Origin: a virus
Lineage: Duplodnaviria > Caudoviricetes
Reading direction: 5' to 3' (one strand)
IMG/VR virus record: IMGVR_UViG_3300037518_000360
Span: 1-29,949 of that record
Length of the DNA: 29,949 nucleotides
Made by a program: the position numbers and the translations under genes. Each line of letters starts with the position of its first letter. Positions within the stretch are counted from its first letter, which is position 1. The notes beneath the pieces are model-generated. The model was not told the origin of the DNA and made no database searches. It saw only the letters and a program-made list of their open reading frames with translations. Below are positions 1 to 8,900 of this stretch, piece after piece.

Positions 1-1
1 G

Positions 2-646
2 GCGCTAGGGACCGAGGACGTCGACGAGATCAAGGCGTTCATCGAGGGGGAAATCTACACCGGGCTGACCGTCGACATCCTGGGCGTCGACTCGGACAAG
101 CTCCCCGAGCAGCTGCGCCACCGGAGCGAGTATGCGCGCCTCGAGCGCCAGCTCGCCGCGGAGAAGGCCGCGCGCGAAAAGCAGGCGGCCGAGATGGAGG
201 CGAAGGTGCAGAAGGCTGCCGAGGATCAGCGCATCGAACAAGCGCGCGGCGTCGTGTCGAACTGGCTCGGCGAGAACAAGGGAGCCTATCCGTACCTCGC
301 CGTGCAGGACAACGTGGCTCTCGATGAGGTTTTCGGCGTGCTCGTGAAGCACGCGGAAAGTCCCGAGATGACACTCGAAAAGGCTGCAGCGCTGGTCAAC
401 GAGTTCTACGCCAAACAGGCGGCGCGCTACCAAAGTGTCAAGAACTCTGGTACAAGGGAATCAGTACCCGCTGCGATCACCAACGCGAGCCACGGTCAAC
501 GAGCGAAACCGACCGGTCTGACGAACAGCGGAGCCTCCCAAGCGGTCACCGGCCGCACCGAGGAACCAGACCTGTCCGACAACGAGGTGTCCAAGGAGTA
601 TTGGGCCTCCCTCCTCGAAAAGGGGGATCCCAGCCTACTCAAGTGA
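2..646 (+). CDS. Capsid scaffolding protein (5'-truncated by window)
   Basis: Frame is open from base 2 (ALGTEDVDEIKAF...) through the listed ORF 194..646. Charged coiled-coil followed by a low-complexity tail with TN(S/A) motifs, immediately upstream of the capsid gene. Confidence 0.7.
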   Translation, partial: ALGTEDVDEIKAFIEGEIYTGLTVDILGVDSDKLPEQLRHRSEYARLERQLAAEKAAREKQAAEMEAKVQKAAEDQRIEQARGVVSNWLGENKGAYPYLAVQDNVALDEVFGVLVKHAESPEMTLEKAAALVNEFYAKQAARYQSVKNSGTRESVPAAITNASHGQRAKPTGLTNSGASQAVTGRTEEPDLSDNEVSKEYWASLLEKGDPSLLK

Positions 647-651
647 CACCT

Positions 652-697
652 AAAAAACGCCCTCCAGCGATGGGGGGCAGAAACGAGGCCGCCTCGT
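652..697. promoter_or_regulatory. Two hairpins upstream of capsid gene: GNRA-capped stem after an A6 run, and a small stem hiding the SD/start
   Basis: AAAAAA (652-657), then GCCCTCCA-GCGA-TGGGGGGC (659-678). ACGAGG-CCG-CCTCGT (683-697) covers GAGG and the first two bases of the GTG start. Confidence 0.45.
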
Positions 698-1922
698 GTC
701 GCTCGATCTCACAGCCTTTCAGGGGGCGCTGAAGCGCCACTACAACGACCAGCGCCAGGTCGATCTCGCCATGCGCGACAACCCGTTCTTCGACCAGGTG
801 CCGAAGGACGACAACGCGCGCGGCGAGGCCATCAAGACGAGCATCAAGTTCAAGAACCCGATCGGTGGTTCGGCGGTCTATGCCAACGCGGCTGCCAACG
901 CCGGCGCCGGCGGCTACGGTGCGTTCCTCCAGACCCACCAGGACCACTTCCACGTCGTCAAGATCGAGGACAAGATCATCGACCTGGCGGCGGACGCGCC
1001 CAAGCAGGCGTTCTACAAGGCGACGGAGGATATCGACCGCGGCATCAACGAGGCCACCTCAGCGCTGTCCCGGAAGCTGTTCCGCGACACCGGCGGATAC
1101 CTCGGCCGCATGGCGAACACCGCGTTCGCCACCACCGCGCTGCAGCTGGTCACCCCGGCCGACGCGTACAACTTCAACCCGGGTGAGGTGCTCAAGCTCG
1201 ACGCCGCCGCCGACGGTGCGTCGGTCAAAGCGGGCACGATCACGATCGTTTCGATCGATCGCGAGCAGGGGATCCTCACCCTGTCGGGCAACATCTCGGC
1301 CGGTGTCGGCACCGCAGCGGCCAACGACTACATCTTCAAGGAGGGCGACCAGGCCGCCGGCTGGACCGGCCTGCGCGGGTTCATCCCCGACGACGCTGCG
1401 ACGGCGGCGACCACGCTGCACGGCCTCGTGCGCGCGACCGACGTCACGCGCCTGGGCGGCTACCGCCTCGACACCGTGACCGGTACCTACGCCGGCATGA
1501 ACGTGGAGCAGGCCCTGATCACGCTGGCGGGCAAGCTCGCCGCGGAGGGCGCGTCGCCGAGCCACGTGTGGTTCAATCCGCTCAAGATCATCGATCTCAA
1601 CTTGCTCGTGTCGTCGGGCGCGGCCGTGCGACGCGAGATCAAGAGCAAGGTCGCCAACGTCGCGTTTCAGTCCGTGGTCGTGCAGGGCCCGAAGGGCGAG
1701 ATCATGTGCATGGCCGACGTGAACTGCCCCTTTGATCGGGCGTACATGACGGACATGAGCACGTTCAAGCTCAAGACCGCGGGGGCGGCGCCGCACATCG
1801 TCCAGAAGGACGGCCTGGTGATGCGCCTGGACAACTCGTCGATGGACTGGGTGGTCCGTCTCGCGGCCTACGGCGATCTCTGCTGCAGCGCGCCCGGGCA
1901 CAACGGCGTCATCCTCTTCTGA
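696..1922 (+). CDS. Major capsid protein (HK97 fold inferred) with beta-rich insertion domain
   Basis: 408 aa. The N-terminus LDLTAF..ALKRHY...DNP and C-terminus YGDLCCSAPGHNG resemble a widespread environmental phage MCP family. Lies directly after the scaffold. Confidence 0.85.
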   Translation: MSLDLTAFQGALKRHYNDQRQVDLAMRDNPFFDQVPKDDNARGEAIKTSIKFKNPIGGSAVYANAAANAGAGGYGAFLQTHQDHFHVVKIEDKIIDLAADAPKQAFYKATEDIDRGINEATSALSRKLFRDTGGYLGRMANTAFATTALQLVTPADAYNFNPGEVLKLDAAADGASVKAGTITIVSIDREQGILTLSGNISAGVGTAAANDYIFKEGDQAAGWTGLRGFIPDDAATAATTLHGLVRATDVTRLGGYRLDTVTGTYAGMNVEQALITLAGKLAAEGASPSHVWFNPLKIIDLNLLVSSGAAVRREIKSKVANVAFQSVVVQGPKGEIMCMADVNCPFDRAYMTDMSTFKLKTAGAAPHIVQKDGLVMRLDNSSMDWVVRLAAYGDLCCSAPGHNGVILF

Positions 1923-1937
1923 GGAAAGGAGCTCGAC

Positions 1938-2672
1938 GTGAACACTAACTTCTATGGGTTCAAAGGCGGCCTCAACCCGGAGATGTTCGCCCTGGCCGGC
2001 TCCTGCCTACTGAACGGCACCGACGCGCCGACCACGCTCCTGGGCGATATCCAGTCGGTGTCGCGCACGTCAGAGGGCCTGTTCGCCGTCCAGCTCGCGG
2101 GCCGCGGGGCACTGCCCCAGCGGCTCGAGGGTGCGGTGCAGCTCGAGGGCGACGTGGACCCGAAGCTGTCGGCGATGCTCGTCTCGGTGGACAAGGCTGC
2201 CCGGATCGCGACCGTCAAGGTCAAGACGGCCGGAGAGAAGTCCACCGGCCTGATCACGTGCCTGGCCAAGGCCGACATGGTCGACACGGACTACATGAAG
2301 ATCTTCGACGGTGTCTCCGCCGCCGGCGTCCTGTACGAGTTCGACGTCGCCGGCGACGGTGCAACGGCCGGGCGCGTCCAGGTCGACATCTCGGGGGCCA
2401 CGACCTCCGCGGACGTCGCCGCGATCCTGGCGCCGCTGATCGCGTCGAATCAGCCCTTGCTGTCGGTGACCGACAACCTGGACGGCACGATCTCGATCAC
2501 CCACAAGCTCGCGGGCGTGGTGGGCAACGCGACCATGACCGAGAATGTCGCCGACGCCGGGTTCCTCGTGTCCGGCATGTCCGGCGGCGAGGATGCGGGC
2601 GTGCAGGACGTCGCCCTCGCCGATGCCATCCGCCTCAACGTCCGGCTCTGGTGCCGGAACATCACGGCGTAA
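1938..2672 (+). CDS. Putative capsid decoration / virion structural protein with inserted Ig-like domain
   Basis: 244 aa, SD AAGGAG. Follows the MCP. VSRTSEGLFAVQL-type strand pattern and beta-rich composition. Confidence 0.6.
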   Translation: MNTNFYGFKGGLNPEMFALAGSCLLNGTDAPTTLLGDIQSVSRTSEGLFAVQLAGRGALPQRLEGAVQLEGDVDPKLSAMLVSVDKAARIATVKVKTAGEKSTGLITCLAKADMVDTDYMKIFDGVSAAGVLYEFDVAGDGATAGRVQVDISGATTSADVAAILAPLIASNQPLLSVTDNLDGTISITHKLAGVVGNATMTENVADAGFLVSGMSGGEDAGVQDVALADAIRLNVRLWCRNITA

Positions 2673-2681
2673 GGAGATGCC

Positions 2682-2888
2682 GTGAAGCCCGGTCTGATGG
2701 AGTTCGTCGAGGAGAAGCTCAAGCCGGCCGAAACGGAGAAGCAATACGACAACCCCGCGCGAGCCCTGGCGAAGGATCTGCTGCGGGCCATCGAGGAGCG
2801 CGACGAGGAAGGGGTGGTGGACTCGATCATGGCGATCTGGGAATCCGCCCGCGAGACGAAGGACGGTCTCACCAGCGACGACCACTGA
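2682..2888 (+). CDS. Small acidic helical hypothetical protein (head module)
   Basis: 68 aa, SD TAAGGAG, phage-like codon usage, fills the gap between structural genes. Confidence 0.75.
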   Translation: MKPGLMEFVEEKLKPAETEKQYDNPARALAKDLLRAIEERDEEGVVDSIMAIWESARETKDGLTSDDH

Positions 2889-2940
2889 CCCATGCGGCCC
2901 AAGGTGAGGGCCCCGGTAGCACCAACCCGAGGAGCCGCCC

Positions 2941-3627
2941 ATGTCCAAGACGTACACAGTCGCCGAGCTCATCACGCGGGTGCAGCGTCGCGGAGACTGG
3001 CCGAATTCGACCAAGGTCACAGCCTCATGGATCCAGGACGAGCTCGAGGTCGCGCTCGGCACGCTCTGGGACCTACTGGTGTCGAAGTTCGAGGACTACT
3101 ACACGACGACGGCTAGCTGGTCGACCGTCGCGGCGCAGTCATCCTACGCGCTGTCGACAGTGGTCGCGGCCGGCGACTTCTACAAGCTGCTCGGCGTCGA
3201 CGTGCAGCTCGGCGGCACCTGGTACGCACTGACGCGCTACCAGCTCAACGAGCGCAACGACTTCCAGGACGGCTCGGCCTTCAGCGAGTACGGCACCAAG
3301 CGCTATCGACTCGAGGGCGATAACCTGATCATCCAGCCGACGCCCCAAGCCGTCTACCCGATGCGGGCGCTGTACGTCAAGGGCGCGCCGAAGATCGCCA
3401 GCACCGCGGACACCATCGACGGCATCAACGGGTGGGAGGAGCTCCTTGTCGCCCTCACGGTCCGCCGCATCAAGGCGTCGCTCGAGGAGAGCACGACGCG
3501 GTTCGACGAGGAGATCGCCACGCTGGAGAGCCGCATCACGGCCGCCGCCGACGCGCGCGACGCCGGGGCCCCCGCCACCATCCTGGATGTGACCAGCCGG
3601 CGCACCCTCGACGACTGGGGGTACTGA
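2941..3627 (+). CDS. Head-tail adaptor (tail tubular protein A / P22 gp4-like)
   Basis: 228 aa. N-terminal TVAELITRVQRRGD helix, Y.L..DFYKLLGVDV and RYRL.GD.L...PTP patterns, position between head and nozzle genes. SD GAGGAG. Confidence 0.7.
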   Translation: MSKTYTVAELITRVQRRGDWPNSTKVTASWIQDELEVALGTLWDLLVSKFEDYYTTTASWSTVAAQSSYALSTVVAAGDFYKLLGVDVQLGGTWYALTRYQLNERNDFQDGSAFSEYGTKRYRLEGDNLIIQPTPQAVYPMRALYVKGAPKIASTADTIDGINGWEELLVALTVRRIKASLEESTTRFDEEIATLESRITAAADARDAGAPATILDVTSRRTLDDWGY

Positions 3628-3935
3628 TGGGGCGAGAGCGATTTACTGCGATCCACACTGGCGACGCGGCGCTCGACCGCGTGCAGCAGGACCTCGCGCG
3701 CGTCGTCAACCGCCTGGTCGATGGCCCCCTGGCCGAGGCCAAGCTGCTCACCGTCGAGGCCAGCGCGGGGCTCAACCGCTTCGCGCATGGCCTGCAGCGG
3801 TCGCCGCGCGCTGTGTTCGTCACCCCGACCGGGGCCGTCACCGTGACCGACTCCCAGGCCGACAACTCCTACCCGGATCGCGAGCTGTGGCTGACATTCA
3901 GCGGCGCCGTCTCGTGCCAGGTCCTGGTGACGTGA
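3627..3935 (+). CDS. Small virion/tail protein (102 aa)
   Basis: ATG overlaps the upstream stop (TGATG). MGRERFTAIHTGDAALDRVQQDL...HGLQRSP, with an H.L.R.P motif common in fibre-associated domains. The listed ORF start at 3432 is an over-extension. Confidence 0.7.
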   Translation: MGRERFTAIHTGDAALDRVQQDLARVVNRLVDGPLAEAKLLTVEASAGLNRFAHGLQRSPRAVFVTPTGAVTVTDSQADNSYPDRELWLTFSGAVSCQVLVT

Positions 3936-3943
3936 GGTAAGCG

Positions 3944-5020
3944 ATGGCGACACCGAACATGGGCATCGACAAGCCGACGCCGGAAGTCACGGCGGGGCCG
4001 ACCTACGCGTACGACAACGACGCGGCTCTCGACGTGATCGACGCCCACGACCACACCGCGGGCAAGGGCGTGAAGGTCCCGTCGGCGGGGATCAACGTCG
4101 ACGCCGCGCTCGAGATGAACGGCAACGATCTGACGGAGCTCCAACGGCTGTCATTCAACGACGCGACCGCACTGTCGGGCAACCTCAATCTATCGGTCAA
4201 CGGCGGCGAGCTCTACTGGCGCACGTCGGGCGGCGCGAGTGTCAAGCTGACCAACGGCGCCTCCATCAACACGACTCTGGTCGGTGGAATCACCGGTGAC
4301 TACTCGAGCACCAACGCCGACGTCGAGTACGAGGACGCGGGCAAGCGCTACAAGTTCCTCCAGGACGAGGGCCACTGGGCGAACATCGACGCCGGCGAGC
4401 TGCGGATCTACGAGCCGACCAGCGGAATCACCAAGGCCGTGACGATCAAGTCGCCGACGGGTCTGGCGACCGCGTACGACATCACGCTGCCAGCCGCCGC
4501 ACCGGCCGCGCTGGCGCTGGTCATGATGACCTCGGGCGGGGTGCTGCAGACCTCGGACGCGGTCAACGCGCCCGCGTTCACGGTCGCCAGCAACAGCGAC
4601 ATCACGCTGCAGGGCACCGGCAAGATCGTGCACGGATCCCGCGTCGATATCATCCACGCCGCCGCCGCTGCTGCGCCGGCGGGTGCGCCTAGCTACGTCG
4701 GACCCTACTGGTCGGGCGGCAGCGGTGATGTCGTCCACGTCCCGATCCGCGTCCAGCAGGGATCGCGGATCGTGAGCATGATCGTCCGTAACTACAAGAC
4801 CGGCGCCGGGACGACGGTGCTCGCGCTCAAGCGCTCTACATCGGGCTCGGTCACCACGGTGTTCACCGTCAATCGGACATCTACCACCGGGTGGGCGGCG
4901 ACGTCGCTGTCGCCGATCAACTACACGTCCGGGCCCGAGGAGTATCTCTATTTCGAGTGGTCGCCGAGCTCGGCCGGCGAGCGGCTCGAGGGACTCGTCG
5001 TCACACGGGATCAGCAATGA
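3944..5020 (+). CDS. Tail fibre/spike-like virion protein
   Basis: 358 aa. N-terminal TPNMG..KP...IDAHDH..GKG attachment-type segment, Y.ITLP.A.P fibre motif and a beta-sandwich C-terminus. SD GAGGT. Confidence 0.6.
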   Translation: MATPNMGIDKPTPEVTAGPTYAYDNDAALDVIDAHDHTAGKGVKVPSAGINVDAALEMNGNDLTELQRLSFNDATALSGNLNLSVNGGELYWRTSGGASVKLTNGASINTTLVGGITGDYSSTNADVEYEDAGKRYKFLQDEGHWANIDAGELRIYEPTSGITKAVTIKSPTGLATAYDITLPAAAPAALALVMMTSGGVLQTSDAVNAPAFTVASNSDITLQGTGKIVHGSRVDIIHAAAAAAPAGAPSYVGPYWSGGSGDVVHVPIRVQQGSRIVSMIVRNYKTGAGTTVLALKRSTSGSVTTVFTVNRTSTTGWAATSLSPINYTSGPEEYLYFEWSPSSAGERLEGLVVTRDQQ

Positions 5021-8000
5021 GGAAGGTCCCGGTCGCCATCCCGTTCGCGGGTGGCGTCGAGACCAAGCTCGACGCCAAGCAGGTGCCGCCGATCAAGCTG
5101 CTGCGGTGCCAGAACGCGGTGTTCACGCGCGGGGGCACGCTGGCCAAGCGCAACGGATACGAGGCGCTACCGCGGCGCATCCTCGGCCAGTCGAGCGACA
5201 TCCCCGTCGGGCGCGCACTCACCCGACGCGGATCCGAGCTCGTCGCGCTCACCGAGGACAAGCTGTATTCGTACCTATCGGATGAGACCCGCTGGGCGGA
5301 TGGTGGCAACCTGCAGTCGATCGGGGTGAGCCACCGGGTGGCGGCCAAGACGACGACGGAGCAGACCCTGGCCGACAGCACCAAGGCCGGCGGCGTAATC
5401 TGCTACGTCTGGGAGGACAGCTCGGGCGGCTCGTGGTACTCGGTGACCTCGGAGTCCGGCAAGACCCTGATCCGAGCCACCCAGCTCGACGCGGCGGCGA
5501 CCCGCCCGCGCGTCGTCAAGTGCGGAGACGTCCTGCACGTCCTGTACGCCCTGGCCGCCGACAACGAACTGCGCCTGCTGGTCATCAACCCCACCAACGT
5601 GCTCGCCGCGCTCACGACGAGCCACGTGCTGCTGACCAAGGATCTCGACGGCACCGACGCAACCTACGACCTCGCCGAGACGGCCACCGAGGCGGTGATC
5701 GCGTGGCACACCGACACCGATGACGTGCGGGTCGGGTACCTCGCTCCGAGCGGAGTGCTGGGATCGCCGTCGACCGGCTACGACTCGCCGATCACGATCT
5801 CGACGACGGTGTCGACGGTGGGGCCCTGCGTCGCGTGGGACGCCGGTGGCACGAACCAGATCGCCGTGGCGTGGTGGCAGGGCGTCGGCCCTGGGTTCAC
5901 CGGGCGGATCCTGGCCAGCGACCTGACGATCGACACGTCGCTGAGCGTGGTCGCCAACCCGAGCACGCCACTCAACGCGACGATCGCGTTCCAGACCGCA
6001 TCGCTGTCCGGCGGAACGCGCCAGGCGTGGTTCTGGTGGGAGGAGTCGGCCGCGGTCGCGCGTGACCGGATCGTGCGGTGGAAATCCATCCACGCCGGGA
6101 CAGGATCCCTGGGGTCGCAGGTGACGCTGCGCGGTGCCGCGCTCGCGTCCAAAGGCTTCGCCGACGCCGGCGGCGACGGAGCTTACGTCCACGTCGTGCA
6201 CGACACCACGCTGTACGCGACCTACCTGTGCGTGCGGACGGACGGGCTCATCGTCGCGCGGGTCCTGCCGGGCGTCGCCGGCGGCGCCACCACCCGTCCG
6301 CACCTGCCCGCGGTGCAGACCGACCCCGACGACGCGCGGATCCACACGTGGCCAGCCGTGTACCGGGTCGCGCTGCAGTCGGCGGCCGGCGATGTGTTCA
6401 CCGAGCGCGGTATCCAGCGCGTCACGTACGACTTCGACTCGGAGCAGTCCCATCGCGCAGTGCAGATCGGCGAGAGCCTCTACGTCGCTGGTGGTGGCCA
6501 GCTGTCGCTGTACGACGGCGACAGCGTCGTCGAGGCCATGCCTCACTACGCGGTGGACGGGACGGTGAGCGCGACGCCGTCGGCGGACGGTGGCTCTGTC
6601 GCGGCCGGCACCTACCTCTATCGCTTCACCCCTGAGTGGACCCTGGCCAACGGCGAGCTCGTCGTCGGCCCGGCGAGCTCGGGGACGAGTGTGGTCGTGG
6701 GCGGGGGCGGCGACGACACCGTGACGCTGGAAGTCCCGACGTTTCGAGCCACCGCGATGACTGCGCCCCGCGGCGAGATGCGGATCGGGGTGTGGCGCTC
6801 GGAGAAGGACGTCGCCACGTCGCTCTACCGCGTCTCGTCGCTCGACCCGAGCGCTACCGGCGCGAACGGCTATTTGGCCAACGACCCCACTGGCGACACG
6901 GTCACCTTCATCGACAAGATGGCCGACGCCGATCTCGTCGCCAAGGAGCCGCTGTACACCAACGGCGGCCTGCTGAACAACGCCCCGGTTCCGGTCGGGG
7001 AGCACCTGGCGGTGGGCAAGAATCGGATCTGGTGCTCGGATCCTGGCGACCCGCTGCTGGTCCGGTACAGCCAGGAGCGCCGCGATGGGTACGCGGCCGA
7101 GTTCGCCGACGATCTCAAGATCCCGATCGACCCGTTCGGCGGGGGCGTCACCGGGCTGGCCGTGCTCGACGACGCGCTCGTGGTGTTCAAGCGCTCGGCG
7201 ATCTTCTTCCTCGCGGGGCCGGGCCCCCTCGCCGACGGCGTGTCTGGGCCGGGCTTCTCACCGCCGGTGCTGATCACGACCGACGTCGGCTGCCAGAACG
7301 CTGACTCGATCGTCACGACGCCGCTGGGGCTGATGTTCCAGAGCACGAAGGGGATCTACCTGCTGGGCCGCGATCGGCAGGTCACCTACGTCGGCGCCCC
7401 CGTCGAGGCGTATAACGACCAGACCATCACGGCGGCGACGCTCATCGAGGGCACCACCCAAGTCCGCTTCCTTGCCTCGACCGGGACGACGCTGCTCTAC
7501 GACTACTTCTTCGACCAGTGGTCGGAGTTCAGCGACCACGAGGGCAACGGCGCCGCGGTAGTGGACGGCGTCTACCACTACCTTCGCACCAACGGAGACG
7601 TGTACCAGGAGACGCCAGGGGTTCACCGCGACGACACCCGGCAGATCCGCATGCAGCTGATCACCGCGTGGATCAAGCTGCAGCAGACTCTACAGGGCTG
7701 GCAACGGATCTTTCGAGCTCTCGTGCTCGGCACCTACCGCAGCCCGCACAGCATCCGCGTGCGCGTCGGCTACGACTACGCCGCCGGCTGGCGGACGTCG
7801 ATCACCAAGCCCAGCTCGGATTTTATCAACGAGATCGTGTATGGCGACTCGGCGACGTACGGCGACGACGCGGTGTACGGCGGTGCAAACAACACGGTCT
7901 ACCAATTCGAGATGCATCTGGGGGAGGCGTGCGAGGCGGTGCGCTTCCTCTTCGAGGACGTCGAGGCGACCGCCGACGCGGGCGCCAGCTTCGAGCTCAC

Positions 8001-8070
8001 CGAGTTGCTGCTCGTGGCGGGTGTCAAGGGCGCGGGGTACAACCAGCTCGAGGCCGCACGGCAGGCATAG
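5017..8070 (+). CDS. Tail nozzle / tail tubular protein B (P22 gp10-like), 1017 aa
   Basis: ATGA overlap with the previous stop. F.GG.ETK.D.K...N..F...G.L.KRNG N-terminus, and GGVTGL..LDD.LVVFK / DVGC....SIV.TP.G propeller motifs typical of podovirus nozzles. Confidence 0.75.
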   Translation: MRKVPVAIPFAGGVETKLDAKQVPPIKLLRCQNAVFTRGGTLAKRNGYEALPRRILGQSSDIPVGRALTRRGSELVALTEDKLYSYLSDETRWADGGNLQSIGVSHRVAAKTTTEQTLADSTKAGGVICYVWEDSSGGSWYSVTSESGKTLIRATQLDAAATRPRVVKCGDVLHVLYALAADNELRLLVINPTNVLAALTTSHVLLTKDLDGTDATYDLAETATEAVIAWHTDTDDVRVGYLAPSGVLGSPSTGYDSPITISTTVSTVGPCVAWDAGGTNQIAVAWWQGVGPGFTGRILASDLTIDTSLSVVANPSTPLNATIAFQTASLSGGTRQAWFWWEESAAVARDRIVRWKSIHAGTGSLGSQVTLRGAALASKGFADAGGDGAYVHVVHDTTLYATYLCVRTDGLIVARVLPGVAGGATTRPHLPAVQTDPDDARIHTWPAVYRVALQSAAGDVFTERGIQRVTYDFDSEQSHRAVQIGESLYVAGGGQLSLYDGDSVVEAMPHYAVDGTVSATPSADGGSVAAGTYLYRFTPEWTLANGELVVGPASSGTSVVVGGGGDDTVTLEVPTFRATAMTAPRGEMRIGVWRSEKDVATSLYRVSSLDPSATGANGYLANDPTGDTVTFIDKMADADLVAKEPLYTNGGLLNNAPVPVGEHLAVGKNRIWCSDPGDPLLVRYSQERRDGYAAEFADDLKIPIDPFGGGVTGLAVLDDALVVFKRSAIFFLAGPGPLADGVSGPGFSPPVLITTDVGCQNADSIVTTPLGLMFQSTKGIYLLGRDRQVTYVGAPVEAYNDQTITAATLIEGTTQVRFLASTGTTLLYDYFFDQWSEFSDHEGNGAAVVDGVYHYLRTNGDVYQETPGVHRDDTRQIRMQLITAWIKLQQTLQGWQRIFRALVLGTYRSPHSIRVRVGYDYAAGWRTSITKPSSDFINEIVYGDSATYGDDAVYGGANNTVYQFEMHLGEACEAVRFLFEDVEATADAGASFELTELLLVAGVKGAGYNQLEAARQA

Positions 8071-8080
8071 GAAGGCACCG

Positions 8081-8899
8081 ATGGACTGGGGACAGCTGAA
8101 TCCGTTTTCGTGGGGCGCAAAGGACCCGAACGACTTCCGCACCGGATTCGATCCGGACGCGACCAAGCTCGAGCACGGAGACCAGCTCCGTGGGTCGATG
8201 TGGGATCAATTCGGGCAGACCACCGGGCGCGCCGCCCCGCAGGCTGGTGCTGCGGCAACGTACGGCGGCGCCGACCCGACGCAGCAGGCCGAGTTCCGGC
8301 AGCGGCAGCTCGCGCTCGCCGACCGCCTCGCTGGCGTCGCCTCCGGCCAGCAGCAGGGCGCCGGCGAGTTGGGCGCCCAGCGCGGCGCCCAGCGTGGGGT
8401 CGCCGGGCAACAGGCCCTCGCGCGCATGGGCCGCGGCGCCAACGCCGCCGGCGCCGCGCGCGCCGCGGCGACCAACACGGCGAACATCCAGCAGGACGCG
8501 GTGGGGCAGATGGGCATGGCCGCGCTGCAGGATCAGTCCGCGGCGAACCAGGCGCTGACCGGCGTACTGCAGGGCGGCCGAGGCGGGGACCTCTCGGTGA
8601 TGGGGATGGATCAGCAGGCGGGCATGTTCAACGCCGGGCAGCAGAACCAGACGAACTTGGCGAACCTGCAGGCCAAGCTATCGACCATGGGCATGAACGA
8701 CTCGGCCGCGCTCGGGTGGATGTCGCAGCTCACCGGCCTCGACACCGCCGAGCTGCAGGCCCGACTCGAACAGGATCGCATGCGGCTGCAGGAAAACATG
8801 GGCCTCGCGAACATGGACACGTCGGGATGGGGGGCGAACCTCGTGAACCTGGCCGGCCAGGGACTGATCGGCTACGCAACGGGTCGCGGGGGCAAGTAG
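8081..8899 (+). CDS. Internal virion / DNA ejection protein (small, Q/A/G/M-rich), 272 aa
   Basis: ATG at 8081 after GGAAGG. Gln/Ala/Gly/Asn-rich helical sequence with a Gly-rich hydrophobic C-terminus. First of three genes after the nozzle. Confidence 0.65.
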   Translation: MDWGQLNPFSWGAKDPNDFRTGFDPDATKLEHGDQLRGSMWDQFGQTTGRAAPQAGAAATYGGADPTQQAEFRQRQLALADRLAGVASGQQQGAGELGAQRGAQRGVAGQQALARMGRGANAAGAARAAATNTANIQQDAVGQMGMAALQDQSAANQALTGVLQGGRGGDLSVMGMDQQAGMFNAGQQNQTNLANLQAKLSTMGMNDSAALGWMSQLTGLDTAELQARLEQDRMRLQENMGLANMDTSGWGANLVNLAGQGLIGYATGRGGK

Positions 8900-8900
8900 G

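Noticed and set aside
5275-7005. Long antisense ORFs (this 576-aa ORF; also 16335..18347, 14162..15427, 9519..10508)
   Set aside because: They are shadows of high-GC3 plus-strand genes, with no motifs or RBS.
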